Position numbers and translations under genes: made by a program. 64,000 nucleotides of DNA from an uncultured virus (IMG/VR IMGVR_UViG_3300028644_000008) (taxonomy: Duplodnaviria; Heunggongvirae; Uroviricota; Caudoviricetes): the IMG/VR virus record IMGVR_UViG_3300028644_000008, one strand, 5' to 3'. Within the stretch, counting starts at the first letter, position 1; each line of letters opens with the position of its first letter. A model generated the notes under the pieces. It was not told the DNA's origin, searched no databases, and worked only from the letters and a program-made list of their open reading frames with translations. Below, one piece after another: positions 36,623 to 46,129 of the stretch.

Positions 36623-37213
36623 TTAGGCCGCCCCTTGCGCCCCGTTGGCCACGGGGTGGGCCAGGGTGCCGGCTTGGCCAGGATCGCGATCCGACCGGCG
36701 ATCCGCGCCCAGGGCCGCCCCTGGGCCGGATTCCGGCGCGTCGGAAACGTGGTTGACCTGACAATCCTTCGCCGCGTGGCGGTTTGCCCATTTCACAACC
36801 TCGCGGCACATCTGGATGAAATCCTCATTGCTCATGGTGCCCTTGGCTTTGTTCACCTCCTTGTGCAGGGCCTGCGCGTTGTCGATATTGTGCTGGCCGC
36901 CACGGCTCATTGGCACGATGTGGTCAAGCGCCACAGTTTCGGTCGAAAGGGGACGTCCAGTGAGCGCGCAACGGTACTCCTGGAACTTCAGCAGAGAGAG
37001 CACATTCTGCTGACTCACGGCTCCGGCGGGACGGCCCTCGACGCATGCATGCCTGAGATCCGCCAGCCAAGCACCGTAGGCCAACATCTTCACGCGCTTT
37101 CCCGCGCAGAACTGCCCCCGCGCTTTCACGCGCTGACGGAATAGCTTCCTCTCGTTTAGCACCTCGCCTATGGGCGTTGAGTTGACCGCCTTCAAGAAGT
37201 CCCTGATTCGCAT
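36623..37213 (-). CDS. HNH endonuclease with TerL-N-like module
   Basis: RCALTG..LDHIVPMSRGG.H...N...VNKAKG; N-terminal 60 aa 27/60 identical to the TerL N-terminus; start uncertain (37213-37231). Confidence 0.8.
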   Translation of the reverse strand: MRIRDFLKAVNSTPIGEVLNERKLFRQRVKARGQFCAGKRVKMLAYGAWLADLRHACVEGRPAGAVSQQNVLSLLKFQEYRCALTGRPLSTETVALDHIVPMSRGGQHNIDNAQALHKEVNKAKGTMSNEDFIQMCREVVKWANRHAAKDCQVNHVSDAPESGPGAALGADRRSDRDPGQAGTLAHPVANGAQGAA

Positions 37214-37566
37214 CGGTTGTTCGTCCAGTAACGATTTCTGATGGGCACGTATCTCAGCGGTTTCCTGGAGCGCAACATTGCCCAATACTCCCACGAGCCT
37301 GGGCGAGGAACTTTCATCTCCCGCCTGAGCGCGAACACCGCTTTCTGAATCGCCGCGCTCCAAGTTGGAGTCGGGGTCGGAGCACTGGCGATCTCCGTTA
37401 GTCTTGGGCACTGGCTGCGGCGGATTCGCCAAGCCTGGACCATGCTGTGAATCGCGCGCGACCAGGGGTCGAATAGCAGGCCCTGATTGTGCCAATCCGC
37501 CGCCAGCCGAGTGCATAGCTCCTTGGCCACTCGATCCCATTGTTTCGAGTTGCGTTTGGTCGACAT
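37192..37566 (-). CDS. Trp-rich hypothetical protein
   Basis: Protein-like composition; 3' end overlaps the HNH start. Confidence 0.45.
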   Translation of the reverse strand: MSTKRNSKQWDRVAKELCTRLAADWHNQGLLFDPWSRAIHSMVQAWRIRRSQCPRLTEIASAPTPTPTWSAAIQKAVFALRREMKVPRPGSWEYWAMLRSRKPLRYVPIRNRYWTNNRCESGTS

Positions 37567-37759
37567 TAGCATCCTGCCTATCCATGGGCATCTCCCAAGT
37601 CCGGCGAATTGCAGGAAAGTCTGTGGTCTAGCGCTACGGTTCCGGCGGCAGTCGACGCGGCCGTCGGCGCCGGAGTACCTACGCCAAAGTGGCACAGGCT
37701 GCGTTTTGTACAGATGCGATTGTGTACGGCCGCCGGCCAGGCAAGCAGCCCGCTCGAAC

Positions 37760-37925
37760 TTCTTTCTTCCTTCACCCCCCTATCGCGCGCATACGCGTGT
37801 GCGCGCTCGCGCGTGTGGGTATGGGTGAAATAGAGAAAGAAGAAGATATCTCTATGTAATATAGAGACTTCATTCTTCACCCTTCGTTCACCTTCATTCC
37901 CTTTTCTGACCATCTTTCACCCCTC
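37760..37925. other. Putative replication origin region
   Basis: Downstream of primase; clustered TTCA(C/T) pentamers, AT-rich patch with TCTCTAT-N5-ATAGAGA palindrome, alternating GC/GT tract. Confidence 0.45.
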
Positions 37926-40202
37926 ACCGACCTCGTTGGAGGCTGCTTCTTTCCCCTCGTCGAACTTCTTTCCCCCTCCGACCAGCCGGTACACGATGCC
38001 AGTCCGGCCAGGCGTCCTGACCGGCAGTAGCTCGATGTCATCTTGTTGCTGGAGCGTCTCGACGATCTTGTGAAAGGACTGGGCGTCTGTCTTCATGCGC
38101 TTGAGCAGCTTGCTGTGCTCCATCTCCCGTCCGGGCGCCTCGCGCAGCTTCTTGAGAAACTTCAGGCACTCGGCGTGGAATGGGTTCTCAGCCACGAAAC
38201 AACCTGCCTGGAAGAGCATCTGCCGCGTCTGGTGCTCGACGATGGCCCACGCCCATTCGACCGCTTCGCGCGAGATCACCGGCGTCTGGTAGCACTCGCT
38301 GCAGGCGCGAACGAGCGCCAGGCGGCGAGCCTTCTCGCCGGCACGGGCCCAGACGGCCATGGCGATGGCGTCATTGGCCGCCTGCGCAGCGGTGTAGGCA
38401 TCGTTCTCCCTGGCACGGATCTCGGCATAGAGCTCGACCACGCCGGGGCCGTAGGGAATCTCAATGGGTGTTGGATGCTCGTTGTCGAGATTGCCGTGGC
38501 CGGGGCGAAGCGCCGCCCAGTAGTTGGCCTGCTCCATGATCTCGGGCGGGATGGGCAACTCGCGCGGCTCCTGCCCCTCTCCTCGCATGCCGGCCAGGAA
38601 GATCAGCATTCGGGCGAAGAAGCCGTTCGTGAGCATCTTCTCGCAGAGCGATTCGAAGTAGTGCTTCGGAATCGCCGTGCCAAACAGGTTCACGCATGGC
38701 TGGTCGATGGTCTGCGGCTCCTGGCCAGCCTTGACTCGCAGGTGGTAGAGGCTCGCGGCGGCCGAGTAGAACTTGAGCAGGATCTCCATGATGCGCTCTG
38801 CCCGGCCGTCGCGACTGCGCGAGATGCCAAGGAGCACGGCATCGATCTCGTCGGTCTGGAAGAGCACGGCCTTCGAAGCGGCAACGCGGTCCTCAATGCC
38901 CTCGCCCGAGGCGAAGTTGTCGGCCAGTTGGCTGGAGATGCCCGCCTCCAACATGATCCGTTGGTTGATCTTCCGCGGGTGATCCTTGCCGGTGCCGGAG
39001 TTGGCCAGGCCGAGCAGGTAGAGACTGGTCCGCGCCCCGCTCTGGTCGCGCACCTTGCGGGCGCAGAGCGCGGCCTGCAGCGCCAGGGCGCCACAGAACG
39101 CCAAGACCCGGTCCGGGTACGGCGCCGTGATCAGAGTCAGGTTCATGACCCGGTCGATCAGACCGGGAACGTAGAGCAGGTTCTCCGGCAACAGGCCTGG
39201 GTCTGGCGGGCCGGGTGGCTCGGACGGCGTGGGTGCTTCGGCCGGCGGCTTGCCCAGGATCCCGGATAGGTCGACGCCCTCTTCGGAGTGCGAGGCTCGG
39301 TCGCGCAGCCATCCGAACGGATGCGTGTGGGGCTTGGTGGCTGCGTCCTCGACCTTATGGCGGAGGTCCTCCTCCGACCAGGGCGGTTCGCAGCGCTGGT
39401 TGAAGCGCTCTACAAGGAGCGCGAGCGCCCGGTCTGGCGGCAGGCCGAAGCCATGCACCAGGGCAGTGGCAGCCGTGTACGTGGCACTGTGCCCACCCTG
39501 GCCGCTGATCGCCGGCGGCATGGCGTCGAGATAAGCGGCGGCCCGAGTCTCGAGCGCCTGGAGTTCCTCGTCCGGCATAGCCGGCCTGTCGGCGACCGGC
39601 GGCGTCAGCGCCGGCTTAGACGCCTCGGCCAGGTACTGGGCCCAGGCGTCAGGCAACGGGGCGACCTCGGTCGAGCTGGGGTCCAGGTTCGTCCAGTGGT
39701 ACTTGCCGCCCGAGAGGTGGTTCGACGGCGGCAGGAGCGCCTGACCGTTCTCGCCGCGGACGTCGATGCCGGTGGCCTCGAGGCCCAGGAGATCCCGGCC
39801 GATGTTGGTCGCGTTGCGGATGGGCACGGTCGTGCTGAAGATCCGGTGCAGGCCGTCCCCGCCGCTCATCCAGCTGACCGTGTCGGGCAGCGGGCCAAGC
39901 TGTTTCTCCAGGCGCTCCAGGTTCTCGATGCACTCGGGCCGGCCCTCGGTCTCGATGTCGATCCGGCCCTTGCCCATGGCCAAGCCGATGTTGGCGTCCG
40001 GCCAGCGAGCCCACCATGCGCGGATCGTCGCCTCGTCGGTCGTGGCCTGGTTCGGCCAGTCCTTGATCCTTGGGTGCTTGCCCGGCGCCGAGCAGTCCTC
40101 GCGCTGGCAGGTGCAACGCCCCTTGCCGTTGATGTGATGGATCGGCAGGACGCGCCAACCGAGCTTGGCGTAGCCGAGGGCGTGGTCGAGAGGGGTGCTC
40201 AT
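37917..40202 (-). CDS. Bifunctional primase/polymerase with DUF3987-like helicase domain
   Basis: CTC..C..PGKHP, WPDANIG, G.H, IDVRG..PPS.H; SGTGKD Walker A; TDE. Confidence 0.9.
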   Translation of the reverse strand: MSTPLDHALGYAKLGWRVLPIHHINGKGRCTCQREDCSAPGKHPRIKDWPNQATTDEATIRAWWARWPDANIGLAMGKGRIDIETEGRPECIENLERLEKQLGPLPDTVSWMSGGDGLHRIFSTTVPIRNATNIGRDLLGLEATGIDVRGENGQALLPPSNHLSGGKYHWTNLDPSSTEVAPLPDAWAQYLAEASKPALTPPVADRPAMPDEELQALETRAAAYLDAMPPAISGQGGHSATYTAATALVHGFGLPPDRALALLVERFNQRCEPPWSEEDLRHKVEDAATKPHTHPFGWLRDRASHSEEGVDLSGILGKPPAEAPTPSEPPGPPDPGLLPENLLYVPGLIDRVMNLTLITAPYPDRVLAFCGALALQAALCARKVRDQSGARTSLYLLGLANSGTGKDHPRKINQRIMLEAGISSQLADNFASGEGIEDRVAASKAVLFQTDEIDAVLLGISRSRDGRAERIMEILLKFYSAAASLYHLRVKAGQEPQTIDQPCVNLFGTAIPKHYFESLCEKMLTNGFFARMLIFLAGMRGEGQEPRELPIPPEIMEQANYWAALRPGHGNLDNEHPTPIEIPYGPGVVELYAEIRARENDAYTAAQAANDAIAMAVWARAGEKARRLALVRACSECYQTPVISREAVEWAWAIVEHQTRQMLFQAGCFVAENPFHAECLKFLKKLREAPGREMEHSKLLKRMKTDAQSFHKIVETLQQQDDIELLPVRTPGRTGIVYRLVGGGKKFDEGKEAASNEVGEG

Positions 40203-40210
40203 GGGCGCCC

Positions 40211-41911
40211 TCAGAACGGAATCTCATCGGGGTCGGCAGCTGTCGGTACGCCGGCAGTCTCATCGGCATCCCATCCCGGCTCGCGATAGTCCGGCACCTC
40301 GCCCAGCTCGTAGGCGACGACGCGGTCGTACCTCTCGCCCGAGACACTACGGACCTGGATGGCCTTGGTGGACGCCAGCGCGCCTCGCTCAGCCAGGTCG
40401 ACAGCCTCCGATACCGAATCGGGGACGGGCACCTTGGAGCGGCGCTTCCACCACTTCTCGGCACGGTAGCGTGCGAAGCCGGTGTGCTCCAGGCAGACCC
40501 ATTCGCTCACGTACTTGTCCAGGCTCAGCTGATAGTCGACCCGCATAGTGGGCGGCGTGTCCGGCCCGGCGTTGCGCTTGGTGTGGACCGAGTAGTAGAC
40601 CATCTCGACCGGAAAGTCGGCGATGGAGACCTCGCCCGAGAGGACGCTCGCCGTCGAGGCCTGCGCCTCGTGCTTGGCGCGTTCGCGCTCGGGGAACTCG
40701 AAGCCACACTGCGGGCACCTGGCGTAGCCCGCGGCGATCACCGCCTGGCAGCTTGGGCACTCCTTGCTGGGCGCCTCGCCGCCGCCCTGGCCGGTCGCTT
40801 TGACCTGGATGGCGTCCACCGGGCCGTGGCGCAGGGCGTTGCCGCCGAAGTCGAGCACCAGGCAGTCGGCTTTGCCGAGATGCAGGCGGAAACCCCGCCC
40901 AACCATCTGGTAGAAGAGCCCCGGCGACATGGTCGGCCTCACCAAAGCCACGCAGTCGATGTTCGGGGCGTCGAAGCCGGTGGTCAGGACGTTGACGTTG
41001 ACCAGGTACTTGAGCCGACCGGCCTTGAAGTCCGCGAGCACCTGGTCGCGCATGCCGGGCAGCGTTTCGCCGAAGACCGTCTCGACCTGGGCCTGGTACT
41101 CGCCTCGCAGAACGGAGGCTAGGTGCTCGGCGTGCTTCACGCCCGCGGCGAAGATAAGCACCGAGCGGCGGTTCTGGGTGTAATTGACGATCTCCTTGCA
41201 GGCCGACTCCACCAGCTCTGCCGTGTCCATCAATGCCTCTGTCTCGCCGGCCACGAACTCGCCAGCGCGCACGTGGAGCCCCGAGGTGTCGGCCTTGACG
41301 CGGCTGGCCTTGGTCACGAGCGGGCAGAGATAGCCCTGGACGATCAGCTCGCGGACGCCTGCTTCATAGCAGATGTGGTGGAGGTAGTAGCCCTCCTCCG
41401 CCGGCCCGCAGATCAGCCCCGACTTCATCCGGAACGGCGTGGCGGTCAGGCCGATGACGCGGACGTTCGGATTGACCACCTTGGCGTCGGCCAGGAACTG
41501 GCGGTACATGCCGTCGCCTTCCGGCGCTATGGAATGGGCCTCGTCGACCAGAACGACCTGGAACGACCCCAGATCGCAGGCCCGCTTGTAGACCGACTGA
41601 ATGCCGGCCACGATGATCGGGTGGTCGGTGTCGCGTTTCTTCAGGCCGGCCGAGTAGACGCCGACCTGCAGCATCAACTCCGGTGCCATCAGGCGCAGTT
41701 TGTCCACGGCCTGCTCGAGTAGCTCTTTGACGTGCGCCAGGATCAGAACGCGGCCGCCCCAGCGGCCGACCGCGTCCTTGCAGATCGTGGCCATGACCGG
41801 CGTCTTGCCCGAAGCGGTGGGCAGCACAACGCAGGGGTTGTCGTCGCGCTCCCGCAGATGGCGGTAGACGGCCTCGACCGCTTCGACCTGGTACGGCCTG
41901 AGGGTCAGCAC
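40211..41911 (-). CDS. SF2 helicase (RadD-like) with zinc finger
   Basis: LRPYQ, PTASGKT, DEAH, TATP, QMVGRG, CPSC..CPQC. Confidence 0.9.
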   Translation of the reverse strand: MLTLRPYQVEAVEAVYRHLRERDDNPCVVLPTASGKTPVMATICKDAVGRWGGRVLILAHVKELLEQAVDKLRLMAPELMLQVGVYSAGLKKRDTDHPIIVAGIQSVYKRACDLGSFQVVLVDEAHSIAPEGDGMYRQFLADAKVVNPNVRVIGLTATPFRMKSGLICGPAEEGYYLHHICYEAGVRELIVQGYLCPLVTKASRVKADTSGLHVRAGEFVAGETEALMDTAELVESACKEIVNYTQNRRSVLIFAAGVKHAEHLASVLRGEYQAQVETVFGETLPGMRDQVLADFKAGRLKYLVNVNVLTTGFDAPNIDCVALVRPTMSPGLFYQMVGRGFRLHLGKADCLVLDFGGNALRHGPVDAIQVKATGQGGGEAPSKECPSCQAVIAAGYARCPQCGFEFPERERAKHEAQASTASVLSGEVSIADFPVEMVYYSVHTKRNAGPDTPPTMRVDYQLSLDKYVSEWVCLEHTGFARYRAEKWWKRRSKVPVPDSVSEAVDLAERGALASTKAIQVRSVSGERYDRVVAYELGEVPDYREPGWDADETAGVPTAADPDEIPF

Positions 41912-42375
41912 CCGAGCTGCCTCCGCCCGTACTCGGCGATCAAGGCAGCGTCGACCATCCCCTCGTGAGCTTTCTGCGCGCGATCCGACGCCTTCCAGTC
42001 AGCACTGGGCCACAGGCGGCTCGCGACCAGGTACTCCGCTCCCTTGGGCTGGCCGGCGAGCATCTTGCCCTGCCACTCCTGCGGGCGGACCATCTCATAC
42101 GGCAACGCCATCCCGGCGCAGATCCCGCGCACCAGGCCCCAGCCGGTGCCGAAGGTGAACATGGAGACCACGCCCTGGCCCGGCCGGGCTCCCACGTGCT
42201 CGATGAAGACAACCGCCGGGTGATGAGCAAGCAGCCAGCTCACTATCGCTTGCTCATCGATCTGTCGGTGCTTGCCCACGGCTGCGGTGGGCATGGCGGC
42301 AAGATGCAGGCCCTCGGGACTGATGGCGGCCAAGCCGCCATCGAGCCCCGGATCGATTCCGATGATCCAGCGCAT
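41905..42375 (-). CDS. RuvC-like Holliday junction resolvase
   Basis: IIGIDPG, FIE, F.FG..G, P..W, DAALIA. Confidence 0.8.
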   Translation of the reverse strand: MRWIIGIDPGLDGGLAAISPEGLHLAAMPTAAVGKHRQIDEQAIVSWLLAHHPAVVFIEHVGARPGQGVVSMFTFGTGWGLVRGICAGMALPYEMVRPQEWQGKMLAGQPKGAEYLVASRLWPSADWKASDRAQKAHEGMVDAALIAEYGRRQLGC

Positions 42376-42404
42376 AGGATCTCCCTGGCGGCAAGGGAGG
42401 CGGC

Positions 42405-42680
42405 CTACTGGCCGCCCCCCACCGCAACCCGACATCCATCGCTGCAGCCAGCCATCAACGTCACGAGCTCATGGTGCTCGATGAAGCGGCCGTCCAGGCG
42501 CACGAGCGGCGCCTGATAGTCGGCCATGGCCAGCGCTGCGAGGGCTTCCACGTCCCTGATGTCCCCGCGCCGGAGCGCATCCAGGCTGCGTTCCTCGAAG
42601 GCGAGGCCGGCTGATGCAAGCCCGGCCTTCGCCTTCTCGCAACGGGGACAGTTCGGAAGCGTCCAGACCTCGATCCGCAC
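42405..42680 (-). CDS. Glutaredoxin-like protein
   Basis: CPRC motif, AP..DG. Confidence 0.7.
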   Translation of the reverse strand: MRIEVWTLPNCPRCEKAKAGLASAGLAFEERSLDALRRGDIRDVEALAALAMADYQAPLVRLDGRFIEHHELVTLMAGCSDGCRVAVGGGQ

Positions 42681-42683
42681 GGC

Positions 42684-43136
42684 TCAGTTCCTGCTCCAGG
42701 GCGGGACCGAACCGGCCGCCTGCGCCGGGCGGTCCACGGCCGCCTCGCGCTTGGCGTAGCCCTTGACCTCGTTGGTCATCTCCCCGCTGTCCTGGCGCTT
42801 CTTCAGCTTTACGGTGACGACCAGCGGGATGTTGTGGAGCTCGACCGAGTCCTGCGGCTGCATCACCCCGACCGCGCGGCAGATGGCCGACAGCTCGCCC
42901 CTGGCGATCTGGACGGTCAGCGCGTTCTCGTTCTCGAGGTTGAGCCGGGCCCAGAGCTTCCGGCCCTTGTACTTCCCCTCGATGATCTCGAGGACCAGCT
43001 CGAGGAACCGGCCGCGCCCCTTCTTGGTGGGCTTCATCTCCGAGGCGATGATCACGGCCAGGTACTTGTCGGCCGGCACCGGCTCGAACTCGACCATGGG
43101 CTCGACGTTGTTGGCGTTGAAGTTCAGGTTAGCCAT
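42684..43136 (-). CDS. DUF669-like single-stranded DNA-binding protein
   Basis: F.P.P..Y..G.Y.GRKLW..L..NEVKGY..PPW pattern. Confidence 0.8.
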   Translation of the reverse strand: MANLNFNANNVEPMVEFEPVPADKYLAVIIASEMKPTKKGRGRFLELVLEIIEGKYKGRKLWARLNLENENALTVQIARGELSAICRAVGVMQPQDSVELHNIPLVVTVKLKKRQDSGEMTNEVKGYAKREAAVDRPAQAAGSVPPWSRN

Positions 43137-43917
43137 TGGCGACTGCTCCCTTCTGCTCGACAGCCTGGCCCATCAGGCCGGCCAACAGGGCCGGCCAGGA
43201 CAGCGGCAACTCTGCGGGCAGGCTGTAACGGTTCTTGGCGACGCACGACGGACCGCCCACCGTGCGCAGGACGCGGTCCCCGCCGTCCTTGCCGAGACCA
43301 ACCGCGATGGTCCGGGTGCGGCCGAAACCGGTGTCCTGGCTCTCCGTGCGGATCTTGCGGGTCGCGAACAGCACCGCGTCGGACCACTCGGTGATGAGCG
43401 CCCCGGCGTGCTTGTTCAGCCGCGGGCTGTAGCGGTCGTAGGGGGCCGCCTCCGGGTCCTCGAACTTCTCCACCTTGGCGTGGGCGATGAGGATGCTGAT
43501 CATCCCGCGACTGCGGAGACGATCCAGCCCGTCGATCACCCGGCGCCAGTAGGAGAGCGCGTGGACGTAGCCGCGCTGGTAGCCGCCGTCGGCCTTCTCG
43601 ATGGACTCGACGCCGTACTCGCGGCAGACCGCGTCCCAGATCAGCCGTTCCAGCCAGTCGAGCGAGTCGATGACCACGGTGTTGAAGCCGTGCTCCTCGC
43701 CGACGAGCCCGGCCAGCGCCGCCAGGACCTCGTCGACCGACTTGGCCAGCGGGAACCGGCTGCAGGCGATCTCCGAGAGCCCGTCCTCCGTCTGGATGAA
43801 GATGGGCTTGGGCGCACCCGCCGCCAGCGTCGACTTGCCGACGCCCTCCGTTCCGTAAACCAGCAGCCGCGGCGGCAACGACTGCTTCCCTGTCTGGATC
43901 TGCTGCAACACTCCCAT
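43129..43917 (-). CDS. Sak4-like AAA recombination ATPase
   Basis: YGTEGVGKST, VIDSLDWLE, AKNR. Confidence 0.85.
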   Translation of the reverse strand: MGVLQQIQTGKQSLPPRLLVYGTEGVGKSTLAAGAPKPIFIQTEDGLSEIACSRFPLAKSVDEVLAALAGLVGEEHGFNTVVIDSLDWLERLIWDAVCREYGVESIEKADGGYQRGYVHALSYWRRVIDGLDRLRSRGMISILIAHAKVEKFEDPEAAPYDRYSPRLNKHAGALITEWSDAVLFATRKIRTESQDTGFGRTRTIAVGLGKDGGDRVLRTVGGPSCVAKNRYSLPAELPLSWPALLAGLMGQAVEQKGAVANG

Positions 43918-43938
43918 GTGACGCTTCTCCTTTCTCAA

Positions 43939-44751
43939 TCAGATCGTGTCGAAGACGAGGGGGATCTCGTACCCGGTGGGCCAAGTGCCCGTGGCCACGC
44001 AGCGCTTCAGGCGCTCGATGGCCGCCTCGTTTTCCTTGCGGGCGTAGGCGACGGCCTGGTCGTCGATGCGCCATACGCCGCAGCGGAAGGGCTCCTGCTT
44101 CTCGATGGCCACGAACCAGGCCGGGAGCTTCTCGCCGGTCGTGACGTGGAACATGGCCGCGTAGAAGGCCAGCTGGTGCAGGTAGCCGTAGCGCTTGGCG
44201 TCCGCCGAGAAGTAATCGAGGTTGTCGGTGGTCTTGAGGTCGACGATGCCGTGGGTGACGTTGAGCCAGTCGAGCCGCGACTGGGCCTTGAGGCCGCAGT
44301 ACTCGCCCCGGACTACGCCCTCGGGCTCGCCCTCCATGAGCAGCTCGCAGGCCACTCGGTGGGCCTTGACGCCGTCGGCCATCTTGCCGATCAGCTCGTA
44401 CTGCTCGGTGGTCAGGACCGGCTTGCCCTGGACCTCGGCCCACTTCGTCCATGCCTGGGTGCCGGAGCCGTAAGGCTTGCCCGTCTTCTCGTTGATCGGC
44501 CCGCCGACCGCGAACTCCTCGGCGAACTTGGCCTGGCCCTCCAGGATCAGCTTGTGGGTGGCCCGGCCCACCAGGAAGGCCGGCCGGTCCTCGTCGGGGA
44601 TCAGGCCGCTCTTCTTCTTCCAGTAGAGCAGCGGGCTCTTCCGGAAGTCGGCCAGCGCGTGGCTGGTCAGGTGCTCCTTGGCCTTCTCCTGATAGGCCTC
44701 GAACGGTTCGTGAATCAGGGCGTCCATCGGGCTCGACAGCGTGGCGACCAT
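43939..44751 (-). CDS. RecE-like PD-(D/E)xK exonuclease
   Basis: G.A.H..ILE, RLD..IVDLKTT, Y..QLAFY, EK..PF, WPTGY. Confidence 0.85.
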   Translation of the reverse strand: MVATLSSPMDALIHEPFEAYQEKAKEHLTSHALADFRKSPLLYWKKKSGLIPDEDRPAFLVGRATHKLILEGQAKFAEEFAVGGPINEKTGKPYGSGTQAWTKWAEVQGKPVLTTEQYELIGKMADGVKAHRVACELLMEGEPEGVVRGEYCGLKAQSRLDWLNVTHGIVDLKTTDNLDYFSADAKRYGYLHQLAFYAAMFHVTTGEKLPAWFVAIEKQEPFRCGVWRIDDQAVAYARKENEAAIERLKRCVATGTWPTGYEIPLVFDTI

Positions 44752-44754
44752 GGT

Positions 44755-45297
44755 CTACTCCTCCAGTCCGGCTGCCCGGAAGATCCGGCGCAGCTGTTCG
44801 ATCTTTCCGTTGAGGATGTGGTTGCTGATGCCCAGCCTGTGGGCGGTCTCGATCTTCGAGTGCTCCTTGAGCAGCTCGGCGACGTTGCGCAGGTCCGGCG
44901 GCAGACGCTTCAATACCTCAGCGACGCTGAGTCTTAGGATGACCTCGTCGGCGTGCTTCCCCTCGTCGATCTTGGGCCGGTCATGGCCGCGGGAGCCTCC
45001 GGTGTCCTCCCTAGCATCCTCGGGGTACGGCACCATCCCGCGCTCGAACGTCTGCTGCTTGGAGTGGCGGTGCTGAAGGAGGTGGGTCACGTGGTTGCTG
45101 AGGACGCGCTCGGCGAAGGTCACCTCCTGGGACCGGGCGGGATCGAAGGACGGGAACTTGCGGACGAGCTCGAGGAGCAGCTCCTGCCGGATGTCCTCGT
45201 AGTCCTCCGGCGAGAACCCCTTCATCTGGGTGACCTTGATGGCCTTGATGTCCACCACCCGCATCACCGCCGGGCTGAAATCGTTCGTCGGGTTCAT
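44755..45297 (-). CDS. ECF-like sigma-70 family protein
   Basis: EDIRQELLL..FDP region 2; LPP.LR..A..LG region 4. Confidence 0.75.
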   Translation of the reverse strand: MNPTNDFSPAVMRVVDIKAIKVTQMKGFSPEDYEDIRQELLLELVRKFPSFDPARSQEVTFAERVLSNHVTHLLQHRHSKQQTFERGMVPYPEDAREDTGGSRGHDRPKIDEGKHADEVILRLSVAEVLKRLPPDLRNVAELLKEHSKIETAHRLGISNHILNGKIEQLRRIFRAAGLEE

Positions 45298-45947
45298 CGA
45301 CTCCCCTCCTGGGCGCTGTGCTCAGTGGGGTCGTCACCGGTTGAGCCTCGCGATTCCGGAAGAAAACCGGAATCTTCGTAAGCCCCTGCGGCCCGCAGGG
45401 CTGCGCGCAGTTTCTCGACCCGATCCCAGGCGGTGCTGATCGGCAACCCGAGCTGCTGGGCGGCTTCGGTCAGGGAGGATCGCTGGAGCAGGTTATAGAG
45501 GGAGCGCAGCTCGGCAGGCAGATTGGAGACGGCTTCCTCGAGGTCCAGCCGGGCCAAGACATCGTCCGAAGATTCGGGGCGCGAAACGTCGTTGGCGCGG
45601 TCCTCGGCGCTGATCGTCTCGGACCTCTGGATGCAGTGGCCATCCTCGTCTACGGTGGTGTCATTAAGGGAGAATGATTCGCGGCCATAGAAGCGCCTCT
45701 CTGCGAGGCGGTGCCGCAGGAGCTTGGAGGTCTTGTCGGTCAGGAGCTTGGCGATGAAGGCCTCACGCGGCCCCTTGCTTGGATCGTAGTTGCGCAGGCC
45801 GGACAGAAGCTCGATGGCCAGCTCCTGCTCCAGGTCCTCGCGGTCCGAGCGGTTGAGTCCGGCAATGCCGATAAGCTGCCGCGCCTTCCTCTTGATAGCC
45901 TTGACTGCGAACTCATCGATGCCCCACTGCTTGAGACTGACACCCAC
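45294..45947 (-). CDS. ECF-like sigma-70 family protein
   Basis: DREDLEQEL..YDP; LP.EL..EAAQQLG..ST; GTG start after GGAGG. Confidence 0.75.
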   Translation of the reverse strand: MGVSLKQWGIDEFAVKAIKRKARQLIGIAGLNRSDREDLEQELAIELLSGLRNYDPSKGPREAFIAKLLTDKTSKLLRHRLAERRFYGRESFSLNDTTVDEDGHCIQRSETISAEDRANDVSRPESSDDVLARLDLEEAVSNLPAELRSLYNLLQRSSLTEAAQQLGLPISTAWDRVEKLRAALRAAGAYEDSGFLPESRGSTGDDPTEHSAQEGSR

Positions 45948-46006
45948 TGGTTCCTCCCTGGCCGGGGAGGCTTCGTGGGCACCAGCTGCAGAGGCGTGGA
46001 AAAGGA

Positions 46007-46066
46007 AAGGTGGAGGCAATTCGCGAGCACGCCGCTACTAGCGGCACCCACGAATGCCTCCACCTT
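46007..46066 (-). promoter_or_regulatory. Long hairpin (terminator/attenuator-like) upstream of the sigma genes
   Basis: 12-bp perfect outer stem AAGGTGGAGGCA/TGCCTCCACCTT, inner GCCGCT/AGCGGC, followed by TCCTTTTCC. Confidence 0.6.
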
Positions 46067-46129
46067 GTGGCCGGCTAATCGTCTGATGCTGTCTTACACG
46101 TTCGGGCTTTGGGGAGCCTACTCCCTATC

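Noticed and set aside
37214..37591. N-terminal 126 aa of the 322-aa HNH ORF call
   Set aside because: Mostly low-complexity and overlaps a more protein-like ORF (37192-37566); a start near 37213-37231 is preferred
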